Positions 1 through 12,284 of a stretch of 64,000 bases of DNA are shown piece after piece (within the stretch, counting starts at the first letter, position 1; each line of letters begins with the position of its first letter). The notes under the pieces were generated by a model that ran no database searches, was not told where the DNA came from, and saw nothing but the letters and a program-made list of their open reading frames with translations. The DNA lies in assembly GCA_011109175.1 (NCBI GenBank), contig RDEW01000012.1:392762-456761 (forward strand), read 5' to 3'. The stretch comes from Dicyema japonicum (taxonomy: Eukaryota; Animalia; Dicyemida). A program made the position numbers and the translations under genes.

Positions 1-2368
1 GATTAATGTTTGGTACTGCACTGGTTTTGTCATTTCCAATGGCAAGACGTTGTGCTTTATAATATAATAAATCCAATCCATGTGCGAGTTTAATTGCATA
101 CCTTCTTGTCTTTTCTAATTTAGTTAGTAGGACTGATTCCTCCTCTGTTTTAAACCAACCTTGATATCCATATATTAGGAAAGGCTCAATACACGTTTTG
201 TAGACAAACATAAAAGTATTTGGAGACAAATGAAAGCGGAGTAGGGACTTGAGCATTCCCGTAGCTTTCTCTCTTCGTATTTTGATGTTCTCTTTAAACG
301 ATCCTTTTTTGTTAATGCATACTCCAAGGTATATCAGGTTTTCCGAGAATTTAACATTCCCTGTATCAACATATTGATTCCTCCTATTTCTCGCTATCCA
401 GGTTACAGAACTTTTTTCTCTTGATAATGTCAATCCATTATTCTGACACCAATCTTCGATTTTCGACATATGAGTTACTGTTCTTTTCCATGATATTGAT
501 TTATTCATATTAATGTTCAAAATTAGAATGTCGTCTGCATAAATTATCATTTTGGTATTGATGTGTTCCGGTTTTGGCACCTCGCTCATTATACAGTTGA
601 AGAGGAGAGGACTCAAAATTGAACCTTGTGGAACACCTCTACTTAGTTTTATCTTTTTAGAGAGCATATTTCCCACACGAATATAAGACTCTCTTCCCAT
701 AAGGAAATCTCTAATCCACATGAGCGCCGACTTTCCAATGTTCGCCTTTGACAATGTCTCGAGAAGTCCTTCATGCCAGACACTGTCAAAAGCCTTGGAT
801 ATGTCCAAACACGTTGCAGTAAGGTATTCTTTCTTACTTATTGAATTGACTTCCTAAGTTCCCGATGCAGTCTTCAGTTCCTCTATTTTTACGGAACCCC
901 CACTGATTGTTTGCAAGAAAATTGTTTTCCTCAACCACTTTTGATAATCTATTGAAGACAATTTTCTCCATAATTTTTGAAATTGAACAACTAAGACTAA
1001 TTGGTCTATAATTTTCTAGATTAGATCTTGATTTTCCTTTCTTTCCAATCATCCGAACAATCGACTTTTTCCAGGTCGATGGAACGTGAGCAAGTTTCCA
1101 CGAGGCATTATAAAGCATGATTAATGCATCAATTAACATAGCATTTGCATTCTTGAATATTTTCATTGGGATAAAATCCCATCCAGGGGTTTTGTTCTTG
1201 CAGCTACAAATCGCAATTTTTACTTCTTCAGGGGAAATAGGAGTACACATAGGACCCTTCATTGACACCATCCTATCATAGTGATGATTATTGCTTCGAA
1301 ATTCATATGGAATAATGGAAGCAGGATCTACTTCTTGAATTTTTGCTAACTGTTGCCGTAGAATTTCTGGGATTCCCCATTTGAAATACAACAACCATTG
1401 GATGATTTTAGGTGTATTTCATCACATTTATCATCAGAGGATTTCAATCTCGCGAATACTTTCCAAAAGTCTGCATTCTTGTGATTGATCTTTGAGCATT
1501 CTCTTCTTCATTTATTTTCCTGTTTTCGTTTGGATATTTCCATTAATTCATTTTCACTAAGCTGATCTGAACCTTTAGCTTTTCCGAGTCGGGAATGTTC
1601 CAACATCTATTCAGTTTACTTTCAAGTGATTTTTTCTCTAGATGGAGGAAATCTTTTTTTAAGCTCATTGATAAGCATCCATGCGGCATACGGAATTTTT
1701 TATTTCCATATTCGTCCAAATAACACAATATCAAAGTCCTAATTTTGTCATCCAAGTAATCAATATCTGAGGAGTCCAAGATCAATAGATCACAGATATT
1801 TCCCAGTTTCACGCGTATAAAATAATCGAAATCAACCCAGTTGACATGATTAAGGTTGTAGCCAACAAAAGTTCTTTCAGCAGATATAGGCCCCGTCCTT
1901 ATTTCCAAAGTTTGTGGAAGATGGTCGCTTCCAATATCTTGCTCCACATATTGGTGCTCACAAATTTTGCTCAGATTCTGAGGCATCACAAAAACTCCGA
2001 GCTTGTCCCCACTACTCGGTGCAAAGTTATTAATTTCGACTGAAGTTAAAATCTTTAACTCTCCAGACTTCATCCGTTTTACAAGTTATTTTCCATCTTG
2101 ATTGGTTGTTACACAACCATAGTCAGTATGTTTAGCGTTCATGTCCCCAACAAGGATTGGATATTCATTGTTTTCCATAAATTAGTCAACAATCCATGGA
2201 TACTCTCGTAGTTTTTTAGAATAGATTCCTCCGGTAGTTATCCATCACATTGTTGTTTGTAGTTGAATGCTTGCTAGTTCACAAAGATTTTCTTCATTGA
2301 TCGTGGGTAGTCTTGTATTTAAAGAAGTTTTGTAGTAAATTGAAGTTCCTGTTCCAGCACAAGAACCA
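1..2368 (-). mobile_element. Degraded APE-type non-LTR retrotransposon ORF2 (endonuclease + reverse transcriptase), runs off the left edge
   Basis: Minus-strand motifs in order: EN GSCAGTGTSIY and DIGSDHLP; RT KNKTPGWDFIP, NYRPISLSCSISKIMEKI, QWGFRKNRGT, CLDISKAFDSVWH, VPQGSILSPLL, YADD. Several stops and frameshifts. Confidence 0.92.
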
Positions 2369-3401
2369 GCATGTTCAAGCTTATAATTAAGCTGTATTAC
2401 AAAATCAATGAACGTCTCTGCGCGATAAGGGGAGGAATTGATTTCGTAATGTAAAAGTCGTCCACAGAAATAGCAGCACAAATAGAAAATTTTTTCTCTC
2501 TTATGTTTCTAATACATTTTTTCTGAGTAACTCCTTTTATAGATCTTCCAAATTTGGATCTCATCGAACAATTGACTCCCATTTCGTCTATAAAAATAAG
2601 CCGTTGATTATCAATTTCAATTATTTTTCTGGCAAATCTATATCTTTCTTCCATATTTATTGTAGAATTTCTCGCCATAGGTACAAATTGAATCTTTTTA
2701 AAACTATATCCAAATGTATCTAGCGTCCTATTTATTGTCGATAAAGAGACATTTTTTCTTTGCACATCAAATAAAGAATTTTTTAAATTTTTCAGAGTAA
2801 ATGAAGCATCTTCTTCAATTTTTTTAGTCAAAAATAAGATGTCCGATGAATTAAGTTTTTTCTTTCGTCCACAATTATTTTTTGTTGAAGCAAAACTTCC
2901 TGTATTTTTGTATTTTTTGACGATAGAAACAACTGTCTGATAGTTAATATAGATGTCTTCGCTTATTTTTGAATAAGCCAACCCTGCTTCATATTTATAA
3001 TAAGTTTTCGGTTATCCTTCGAATACAGTAGTATTTTTGTTTTTGTAACTATTCATTTAATTCAATTTGCGCTAAAATTTGTATTTATAGGAACTTAATA
3101 ATCCAATAAATATAAATAATGATCTAATAAATATAAATAATGATCTCAAAAATATAAATAATAATCCCATAAATATTTTACAAAGTTATTATTAAACATT
3201 TTGACAAAGTTATTAAGTATTTTGACGAATTATTAAACATTTTGACAAAATTATTAAGTATTTTGACGAAGTTATTAAACATTTTGACAAAATTATTAAA
3301 TATTTTGACAAAGTTATTAAATTTTATGACAAAGTTATTGAATATTTTGACAAAGTTATTAAATTTTATGACAAAGTTATTAAATAAATAGGAAAACCCT
3401 G
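2369..3401 (-). mobile_element. Tc1/IS630-like transposon, 5' end present, transposase 3'-truncated
   Basis: ORF 2397-2981: HTH region (GRKKKL, VSLSTINRTL, GYSFKK) and first catalytic D in LIFIDEMG. Minus strand starts TA|CAGGGTTTTCC, with TA at 3402-3403 as the typical target site. Confidence 0.85.
3104..3385. repeat. Subterminal tandem arrays of ~20 bp (ATAAATATAAATAATGATCT) and ~21 bp (TATTTTGACAAAGTTATTAAA) units inside the Tc1 5' end
   Basis: About 3 plus about 10 imperfect copies read directly from the sequence. Confidence 0.9.
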
Positions 3402-3649
3402 TAATTCAATCCAGAATTTCCGAGTTTTTCTCGTGGCCTAGACATTTTTTCAATTCCCTTTTCTCCTTAATTGGTCACTTGTCTTCTTTATCAACAATAG
3501 TATCTTCGTTAAGAAGTACAATTTCTTACATTTATATAGTAAGCTAGGTAGAATTATCCCCCGGAAGATAAACAGTAGAACCCCCAACTTTCATGTGATA
3601 CTTTCTAAACCTATTATTTTGTATTTATTATTACATTAAAGAGTAAATT

Positions 3650-4850
3650 CCAAATTTTAGTAAATGTCTGCCCAAATGCTGATCCTGCAGGAAAGGTCGA
3701 ATTGAAGAAATACTCAGCCTTCGAGATCGCTTCCGTTTAGTTCTAATCGTCTTCGAAACCTTTGGAATAGGTGGCAGAATTGGTTAAGGTCGTTCAATCT
3801 CAATGCCATTTAGAGACCCACGTGAACGGAGATGGTTATGTCAGTCCCTTGAAATCACCATCGTTGGTAGCAATGCTCACTTTCTCTTATAATTGTTTAT
3901 CCATCCCCAACTTCACAAATGGAGAGTTACTTCTCACGATAGCTATCGAGATCAATTCAGGAGCTACGAGTCAAGTCTAAGGTTCTTTGAGGATGACTAT
4001 TGTTAAAATTGATGAGTTCTCCGTAAGCTAATCGTTCAGTTTTACGACTTATTGTCCTTAAGTCTTCTCGGATTTAGTGACGGCTCAGTAATCAACGCCC
4101 AATTAACCGGTTTATATGGTCCCCTTAATATATTAACATGGAATAGGAGTAGCTTTTTGAAGATATCCAAAGTTCAATACTTTGAGTCTATAAATAACTT
4201 TTCCAATAGGTCTTCCACTGATGTGCTTTACTCAACTTTCAACGTGCTTACCTGTTTAGTCATGTACTTACACTCAGTCCCATAAATGATGACCCAATTC
4301 CCATAAATGATGTCCAAGTTATATATATAATACACAAGTAAATCTATATTTTAATTTCCCCTATTATGGTATCAACTAATACAGATATGAGAAGTCGCAA
4401 GGTTTTTATGAACGAAAGTCTATTTAATCAAATTAATAGTTTTGATTGAGATCACCTCTATCAGTAAAAAGAGTTTGAACAGGTGTATACAAAAGAGAAT
4501 TTGTCCTCATATTACAACAGTTTTTGGGAAAGGGTAAATGGAATTAATAACAGATTAATTGAATAAAATACTTTTTTCCTAAAATATTTATTAGTATAAC
4601 TTGGACATCATTTATGGGAATTGGGTCAACATTTATGGGATCGAGTGTATATTGAATGAAAGATATTCTCGCTCTGTCTCTTTTTCAATCCACTGGTCTC
4701 TGAAAACGCCGAGTATCTGGCTATCATCCAAAAAGGATCATCCCCTCCCTACTACACCAGAGGGGTTCTCTCATTTGCGTATATGGATGGACTTGTCTGG
4801 CAAGGACGCATCTTACTCCGTCAATGAGGACTGGATACGCTCTAACTAAA
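3650..4850 (-). mobile_element. Highly degraded retroelement, possibly Penelope-like RT
   Basis: Weak minus-strand remnants (LLFHVNILRG; GELINFNNSHP...YREK*LSICE) resemble Penelope RT C-terminal motifs. A related ATAGCTATCGAGAT segment recurs near 53250. Confidence 0.3.
4271..4647. mobile_element. Tc1/mariner-type MITE (377 bp)
   Basis: ~53-bp imperfect TIRs (CACTC..CCCATAAATG.TGACCCAATTCCCATAAATGATGTCCAAGTTATA), flanked by TA at 4269-4270 and 4648-4649; no ORF. Confidence 0.9.
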
Positions 4851-5225
4851 CCTATAATCAAACAGATAGTCGCAACAGTAGATATAAAAGTAGTCATGAA
4901 ATATTTTTTTATTTAACCCGAGACCACGGTTAAACCAAACTAATTATCACGTGATCCCGATGCATTCTAACAGAGACCTCATCTTTGCCCGTGTTCTTCC
5001 TTCGTGTCCGCGCATGAACGTACAGGACGGCTGCCTGAATTTTCAGGGTCACCTTCCTGTTATCTGGAATCTAGTCTCATAAGGGCCTCCAGAGGCGTAG
5101 GTCCGGTTCGGTGATCTTCACAAATCTAACGCTCCGTTACTCTGTAAACCCTCTTTTGCATTTCCTCAATTTTCTTCATATTTGACCAAGATATGGACGG
5201 TCCCCACGACCCGCATGATGAAATT

Positions 5226-5800
5226 TATTTATTTATTTCAAAACCCCAAGAAAGAATTAATTCGCTAAATTAAGTGATCCCAGCCTCAAACATCTCTCGA
5301 ATTCTCTTCGAATGCTCCTCCACCAGTGAACCAACAACGTTTCGAATTGTCTTCTTTTATTTCTGCAGAGGAATTCTATCGGAGTGCACTTTTTTAAAGC
5401 CGATCTGAATTCCTCCGCATGAACCACCTTCTCTCTGAATGGGTTTCCTAGCTCCTTGCACATACGTAGGAAGCCCTGGCCATTTCTCACCGTCATCTCC
5501 TCTGAAAGGAGACTGGGGATGGACGTGGAGTCTGATTGAATATACCTCATGATCTTCCATCTGAAAGAGTTCACACGCTCCACCTCGTAGAAGGAATAGC
5601 GAATCTCCTGGCAGAACAGGCATATTCAATCGTCGGCGCAATGACTTGGAGATATACTTTGCTGATCCAAGCAGTAGGAGAGAAGGGGCTCTTCTTAACG
5701 ATGGTTTTTAAGACGTTCCATTTTCGAAGGCTCTTGGTTAACACCTCCTCCGTGTGACTGGCGAAAGTCATCAGTCGAAAGTTTCTCCAAGGATCTTCTG
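5226..5800 (-). mobile_element. 3' fragment of APE-type LINE, same family as 24140-24995
   Basis: Translates to VLKTIV...AWISKVYLQVIAPTIEYAC and MCKELGNPFREKVVHAEEFRS, matching 24767-24955; AT-rich tail at about 5226-5245. Confidence 0.85.
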
Positions 5801-5981
5801 GATTCGTGTATAAGGGATGAGAATGTTTCCGAGGAATATCTCAAGTCCACCTTTAAATCTTCTGTCCGCATGATAAAATATTCTATTATTATTAATGTAT
5901 GGGAGAGAGAGAATTCGATGATTCTTATTTTATATTGATTTTATGAAATATTAAAAATTAATTTAAATATAATATTGAGTG

Positions 5982-7024
5982 ATGTGTGTCAAGAATATAC
6001 TAAAAATTGGTACGCATTCTGGTACATTCCACTGTGACGATGTTTTGTCATGTGTAATGCTTACTAAACTACACAAGAATGTAAAAATAATAAGATCCAG
6101 GAATAAGGAAGTATTGGACGAGTGTGATATTGTTGTTGACGTTGGCGGAGTCTTTGATCATTCAAAAAGTCGCTATGACCACCATCAGAAATCCTTCAAT
6201 TTAACAATGAATACAATCTCCGATGGGAAATACCCCTTTGATATAAAACTGAGTAGTTGTGGACTTGTTTATTACTTTTATGGACATGAACTGATTAAAG
6301 AACACAGAACTGATTATACTTTGTCGAATACTCAGATTGACTTGATTTTTAAATTATTTTATAAATATTTTGTTATGCCAATTGACGGAATTGACAACGG
6401 AATTCAGATCTGTGGCTGGCAAACAAAGATACAACATTGTAACTGATCTGTGTTCTCGTGTGTCTTTTTGTAATCCACCTTGGTATGAGATGAGTCAGGT
6501 GGTTGACTTGGAACAGGTTTGTGGATGGCTGATTCTGTAGATGGACTCCTTCTATGAGGCTATGGACATTGTCAGGAAGGAGTATGATTCAATAATGAAT
6601 TATTACTTTAACTCCGTTCTTTTAGAGTTTGATATTGTAACACGTGGTTTCCACCAAAGATATGAGTTGGATAAGAGTGGGAGGATTATGTTTGTTGAGA
6701 GGGGGTGTCCATTCAAAAATGTGTTACCTGAGGTTGAAAGGATTGCCGGAAAGGAGGGTCAAATATTATTTGTGCTTTCCAAGAATGCACATGATCATTC
6801 TTACAGGACAAACGCTGTCTTTGATGGGTCTCCTTTTAATTTGAGGTTATTGATGATGTTGATTTAGACGGAGACTGAGAGAAGACTTGCGTGGATTAGT
6901 TGATAATGATTTGTTTCAAAAGTCTGGAATTGAGGGACTCAGGTTTGTCCATTCAAGTGGGTTTATGGGGTGCGGCAATACTTTCGATTCAGTACTCTCA
7001 TTGTCCAAAATGAGCTTAATTTAG
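5982..7024 (+). CDS. MYG1: MYG1 exonuclease (UPF0160), spliced
   Basis: KIGTHSGTFHCDD, DIVVDVGG, RYDHHQK, KLSSCGLVY, GIDNGI; C-terminus LRGLVD...SGIEGLRFVHSSGFMG. Introns 6517-6540 (24 nt) and 6846-6867 (22 nt). One +1 frameshift near 6415, probably a sequence error. Confidence 0.93.
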
Positions 7025-7029
7025 CTCCA

Positions 7030-8100
7030 CTAACTGTTATTTCATTACTTTTTCATAATCAGTGAGTATTTGAGTTGCTTCAGGGGAGGTCAGTGGTCTC
7101 CAATCATATAACAGGGTAGAGGATTTTATTTGAAATCAAACATAAACTGAAGACAATGGTGTGAAGTTATAAGTTTTAAGATTCGTTTGTTTGGAGGCCT
7201 GGGGTTGGGCTCAACGTCGTCTGGAATGAGGTGGATCCCTTGTTCCTTGAAGAGGTCATAGGGGAGAGTATGTGGTTCTTTTATTGTGTGCTGTATTCAA
7301 ACACATCCGGATAACACCACAGAGTGAACCTGCGCGTCATGAAATCATGAGTTCTTGATTCTTTGGTTGCCCTGTACTATTATGACTTAACGTCTGCATA
7401 AACATAACAACATGGTGGTCCTTAACTAGTTAAGCTGGACTTAATGACAACTAAAGGATTGGTTGTGTGTATTCAATTCAAATGTCCACCAAAGAATGAT
7501 ACTGCTAAATAAGTAGTTAATTATGTTAGTTAATTACCCTCACTGAATGAGTAATTTACTTGGCTGTTCATATGGGAATTCAAATCTGTTCAACTTTAGC
7601 GATTAGTCTCATAATTCTTTAAAACTCGTATCTAAATTTATTCTCTAAAAATACTTCATTTCCAATAAAAATCATATTTTGATTGATGAACGTTCATTCT
7701 TTTGTTCATCCGCTTAAAATAGGATGAATTTAGATTTGCTTGAGAAAAATTAAGATCACAGTGATCTGAATCTAAGTTTTCTAGCAGACTTTATACAATA
7801 AATACTTGAAACATTCGAAATATTCCAAATTTTTTGTCTTAGCTAATCAATCAACCCTCTTTACTACTCAATGTTTCACGGGGGTTGGGACCAGAGCCTA
7901 CGGCGGTTTAGTTCTACAGACGAACAATAAGGAATTCTCAGAAATTTCCCACTGCGGCAAAAAGACTTTATCTCTTTTTCCGCGTCAACTGATGAAGTGA
8001 GTAAGGTGTCTCTGAGCCCATATAAATGAATCGTGTTAAAATCTTCAGGCGAGTTGTCACTGATAGATCTCTCTAATCCATGCTTATGGAGAAAGGAGTT
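7030..8100 (-). other. Candidate spliced host gene or pseudogene of unknown product, convergent with MYG1, 5' end abutting an RTE
   Basis: Open stretches (SFLHKHGLERSISDNSPEDF...; HTLPYDLFKEQGIHLIPDDVEPNPRPP) and short GT-AG segments, but no consistent splice model and no recognised family. Confidence 0.25.
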
Positions 8101-8545
8101 AGTTAGTGCACGTCCGCGTTGACAGTAAACAGTGTTTATGGTTTCGATTATTTTTGCCGTTAGCCTTCTCCATCCCTTTCGTCGTATTGCTCGTCTCCTG
8201 ATTTTATTCAGATCGTTTGCATCCATCAATCTGCCCCCGATCACAGCATAATCATCCGCAAGTGTCGTGAGAAGACAACCTCTTGGACGTCCTCTGAATG
8301 CAGGAGATACAGTAAAAATTCTTCTATGGCGGCATTGCACGGTGTCTGTTAACGCATCCGTAGAATATGCCCAAAAAGGTGCCAACAGGCTTCAAGTACA
8401 TTCAGACTTATTGGGTCCACAATCAGTAAGTCTGTATAATTTATTGTTTGAGATTTTCTATGGCCAAGAATATCCAAGGAGTTTTCTTAGTTGGCCTCTG
8501 TAAAATGAGTCGAGTTGTTCCATGTCTTTCTTTGATGTTTCCCTA
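8100..8545 (-). mobile_element. RTE-clade LINE 3' fragment
   Basis: MEQLDSFYRGQLRKLLGYSWP*KISN and FRGRPRGCLLTTLADD...GWRRL parallel the fragment at 34313-34788. Confidence 0.85.
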
Positions 8546-8728
8546 CGTACATGACTGGTCGACAAATCCATTATATAAGCGAAATCGCATCTAGGAATTT
8601 GATGGGAGAGGAGGGTACAGAAATCAATTAAACATGATTTAATATAAAAAATAGAAATATTATTAACTTATTATAAAATTTTAAATTTAAACCGGCATTA
8701 AATGTTGGTTGTAGTGTGAAAATAATAT

Positions 8729-9265
8729 ATGTTACGGAATATTCTGAAATTATATTTAAATAGAATAAGAAAAAAGGTAATATTCAAAAACAAGCATGAT
8801 GGACTATCAAAAAATTTCATGCTTATATTCACTAATAAAAATGCCAATATGTTTTACACGTGTTCGTATCTATGTCCCCTTTGTGCATTATTGATTGCCC
8901 AAAAATATTACATAACCATATTGTATAACAAAATAACCATTTTAAGTGGATTGGAGTATGTCTGTGTATTTTTCTGTTGCATATTGTTTTTAAGTCTCTC
9001 CCGCAGATGGATAACCTCAACAGTACTGAGAATGTACTTTAATAAGGAGGATAATGTTTTTGTGGCCATTAAAAGGAATTTCTATGGTAGAAAGACTAAA
9101 ATTTACTTTAAAAGAGGGGATGTCAATTATATTTATCAAAGGTATCACATGAACTTGCTTCCCAATGTCAACATTATGGATTACAAACTATCACTTAATC
9201 CACATTATTTTGTCTCATATGAGTATTATCATTATTTAATTAACCATGATTTTAAAATAAAGTGA
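8729..9265 (+). CDS. TMEM70: TMEM70-family mitochondrial inner-membrane protein (ATP synthase assembly factor-like), single exon
   Basis: 178-aa intact ORF with basic N-terminus and two hydrophobic helices. WITSTVLRMYF...F...DV...LNPHYFVSYEYYHYLINHD resembles TMEM70 FITKGYVIRLY...VNPVLFPNREDYIHLMGYD (recalled alignment). Confidence 0.6.
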   Translation: MLRNILKLYLNRIRKKVIFKNKHDGLSKNFMLIFTNKNANMFYTCSYLCPLCALLIAQKYYITILYNKITILSGLEYVCVFFCCILFLSLSRRWITSTVLRMYFNKEDNVFVAIKRNFYGRKTKIYFKRGDVNYIYQRYHMNLLPNVNIMDYKLSLNPHYFVSYEYYHYLINHDFKIK

Positions 9266-9289
9266 TTATTACTCGTTTATTAACATTTT

Positions 9290-11770
9290 GGGTGAGCTGG
9301 AGACGTGGCTCTATTGCACACATGTCTTTTTCCTGCTTTTCTTAGGGATCTTTCACTATTAGCTCGTTCAATGTAAGAGGATTAAAGTCGGATACTAAAA
9401 TAAGAAATTTATGCGTGGATTTTACAATGCAACGAAAGTAAAAGGCGGACTAGATAAAATCAACAATGATTTCCGCCTGATTCTGAACCCTTCGAATTGC
9501 TCAAACTACGGCATGGGATTTGCAATACAAAAAAACTGAACAATCGAATCCACAAGGCGTGGAGGGTGAGTGATAGAATATGTGTTTTACAATTAAATTA
9601 CGGTGAAAAAACAATTCCATAATCTTTATTAATGTATATGCACCAACTTCGGTGAGAGTATCAATCAATGGAGACGAACTAGACGACTTCTATTCCTCCT
9701 TGTCGCATGTATATGCATCTTTGGAAACATCGTTCATACATTACCGCAGATTGGAACGCAAAGGCAGGACGTGGGAGTAGTCACAATGAATTCATGAGAA
9801 GCCATGCAAGAGGAATCAGGAATCAGTCAGGAGAATCGCTTATCGAATTTTGCAACACATTCAAACTATATCTATGCAATACTGCTTTCAGGCACTCAGC
9901 AAGACATAAGACGACATGGAGCTGCTAACAAAAAGACAAATCTGGGACTATCAAGCCTATATATAACCAAATAGATTACATTATCTGCAAACAAGCCTAC
10001 AAGGCACTACAAACAGACTTTCAAAGCTACAGTGGGACACTAGTAGATAGTGATCACAGATTGGTTGTGGCACGTTTCCTTTTCAAACGATATTTTGGGG
10101 TTTCCAAAGCGGCTGGCATGAGGATATCTGAAGGGAGGTTTGCAGTGGAGCAACTCTACATGGTGGGACCGACTCGGAAAAGCTATCAAAATACATTGAG
10201 AGAAAAAATCAGACAGTGGAATAAAATAATTGCTTGGGGAGCTGTGGCAAGATACCATCGATGCAATAAAGTGTGCAATTCAATAGTTGGAGTAAAACCG
10301 AAGCATTTCAACGGACACTATGACCACGAGATTGAAGAACTAAATTGCAGAGGAACCTACGTTTACAGATCGAAACCTGTCAGGACCAGGCAAAGGAACA
10401 CACTCTAAGAGTCATGTGGAACCAAACCCTGTATAAAATAAAGAAAAGAACGAGGGAAATAAAGGAAAATAAACTTGTTGGAATGGCTAAAGAAGTAGAA
10501 AGACTCAAAAACGGAGCGCAGATGTTCAAGGTTGTTCACTTACTACATAGAGACACGCAGTCATAAAGAATCACAATACATGATCAGTTTGGAAAGTCTT
10601 TGTTAAACAAAAATGAAATTCTATCGGCCATATCCAGCCATTATCAGCTGGCCTTCAATCAAAACCACAAGGAAAAAATCAAACAATTCGATGGTGAAGT
10701 ACGAGAACTAAATATTCCGATAACGGTTCTGGAAACAAAAAAAGCCCTGGACAAAGTGAACAACAATAGAGCTGCTGGCCCTGACAACATAAATGCAGAA
10801 CTTCTCAAATAAGCACCGACCGAGATCTCTGAGCTATTAACTGAGATATACAACAAAAAATTCAAATACAACTCAACCCTGGATGTGGATAATGGCACAC
10901 TAATTGCATTAAAAAAACCGGGCAAAGCTAAGGGCCCCTTAACGAATTTAAGACCCATCTTACTATTGACGACTCTACGCAAGATATTATCATTTTTAGT
11001 GTGAGTAGGATTGACCTGACATTGAGAACTTTCTCTCTCACCGTCAAAACGGATTCAGGTCAGGGATATCTACAGCTGATGTGGTCTGTGTGCAACACAT
11101 TAAAAGTACAAGGGAGCTACTGGCATCCTTGGCATGGACATGTCCAAAGCCATTGACTCTATACACAGAGGGAGACTTTTCGATATCTTGGAGAATTTGG
11201 TTGACGAGGACAGTGTCAGAATGATCCGTCTATTACTTGGAACAACACAGTTAAGTGTACGTTTTGGAAATTTGGAGTCTGTCCCATTCGAGACAACGTT
11301 CGGGGTACCGCAAGGAGATTTTTTGTCACCGGTACTTTTTGTAACATATCTGGAGGCGGCACTCAGAGACTTCAGACTATTAATTGGCGACTTATTTCAA
11401 ACTGAAGTGATTTATGCAGATAATATCGACTATATATTCAGCGACGAGAAAATATTAAACTATTTACGGACAAGGATGCCAGATGTGCAAAAAAATGGTT
11501 CATCAAAATACAGAAAAGACGGAAACAATGACCATACACCGTGAATTAACTCGAACCGATGAAAAATGGAGATATTGTAAAAAATTGGGGTCGTTGCTAG
11601 GAGACGCTGAGGATATCACTGACAGGAAAATATTGCCCGTCATGGCCTTTAGAAAAATGGGAGTAGTCTGGAATCATCGTAAACAAATTAGCACACAATT
11701 AATCCTGTGAGGTGCATATTTTTGAAGCATCACGTCCATCCATATTCACAATTGTGGAAAAGCTTCCGGT
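9290..11770 (+). mobile_element. Degraded near-full-length RTE-clade LINE (APE + RT)
   Basis: SFNVRGL, DWNAKAG, NTAFRHSARHKTTW, NQIDYI, DSDHRLV, AAGPDNINAELLK, DMSKAIDSI, GVPQGDFLSPVLF, YADNID, KKLGSLLG; many stops. Confidence 0.9.
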
Positions 11771-11947
11771 GGAGTAAAGAAGAGAAGGGTCCTTTGCCGG
11801 GTATAGAGTGTCTCACGAGTTAGCTTCATAAATGACATTGCCATATATCTTCTAGACATTCTCCTCAATTGTTTAAACAAGTGAGGTAGCCAAGAAGATA
11901 ACATAATTAAATTGTATTCAAAAAAAGAAAAACAAATTATTAAATAA

Positions 11948-12184
11948 TCACCAATGTGAAAGAATGTGTCTCCCCTTTAGAAATCTTTTAAAGAGGATTA
12001 CTTGACCTTTTTCTGTAGAAAGTCGAGTATTGATTCCGTGATCGTTAGTCCTCATTACATAGCTAGGTCTAAAGTGTATCCTCGGACCTCTTCGTTTCTT
12101 TCTCATAGTAAAGTAGCTTCTTTGAAAAATTGGGAAATTCAGTTTGGTACTAAATAGTGATCCTAAAGAACGCACAACAAACAT
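11948..12184 (-). CDS. MRPL34: Mitochondrial ribosomal protein L34 (bL34m), single exon
   Basis: After a targeting-peptide-like N-terminus, FRPSYVMRTNDHGINTRLSTEKGQVILFKRFLKGRHILSH aligns to the bL34m pattern YQPSxxKRxxxHGWxxRLSTxxGxxVIxRRxLKGRxxLSH. Confidence 0.85.
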   Translation of the reverse strand: MFVVRSLGSLFSTKLNFPIFQRSYFTMRKKRRGPRIHFRPSYVMRTNDHGINTRLSTEKGQVILFKRFLKGRHILSHW

Positions 12185-12284
12185 TTTAAAATATATATTT
12201 TTAAAAATTTATTTTTAATTTATACACATAATTTATATTGATAAGTATTATTTTATTTACTTTATTATGGGTTAGCCGCGTGGC

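Noticed and set aside
11975-12001. 27-nt GT-AG segment in MRPL34 as an intron
   Set aside because: It encodes VILFKRFLK, which aligns with the conserved bL34m core, so it must be exonic.
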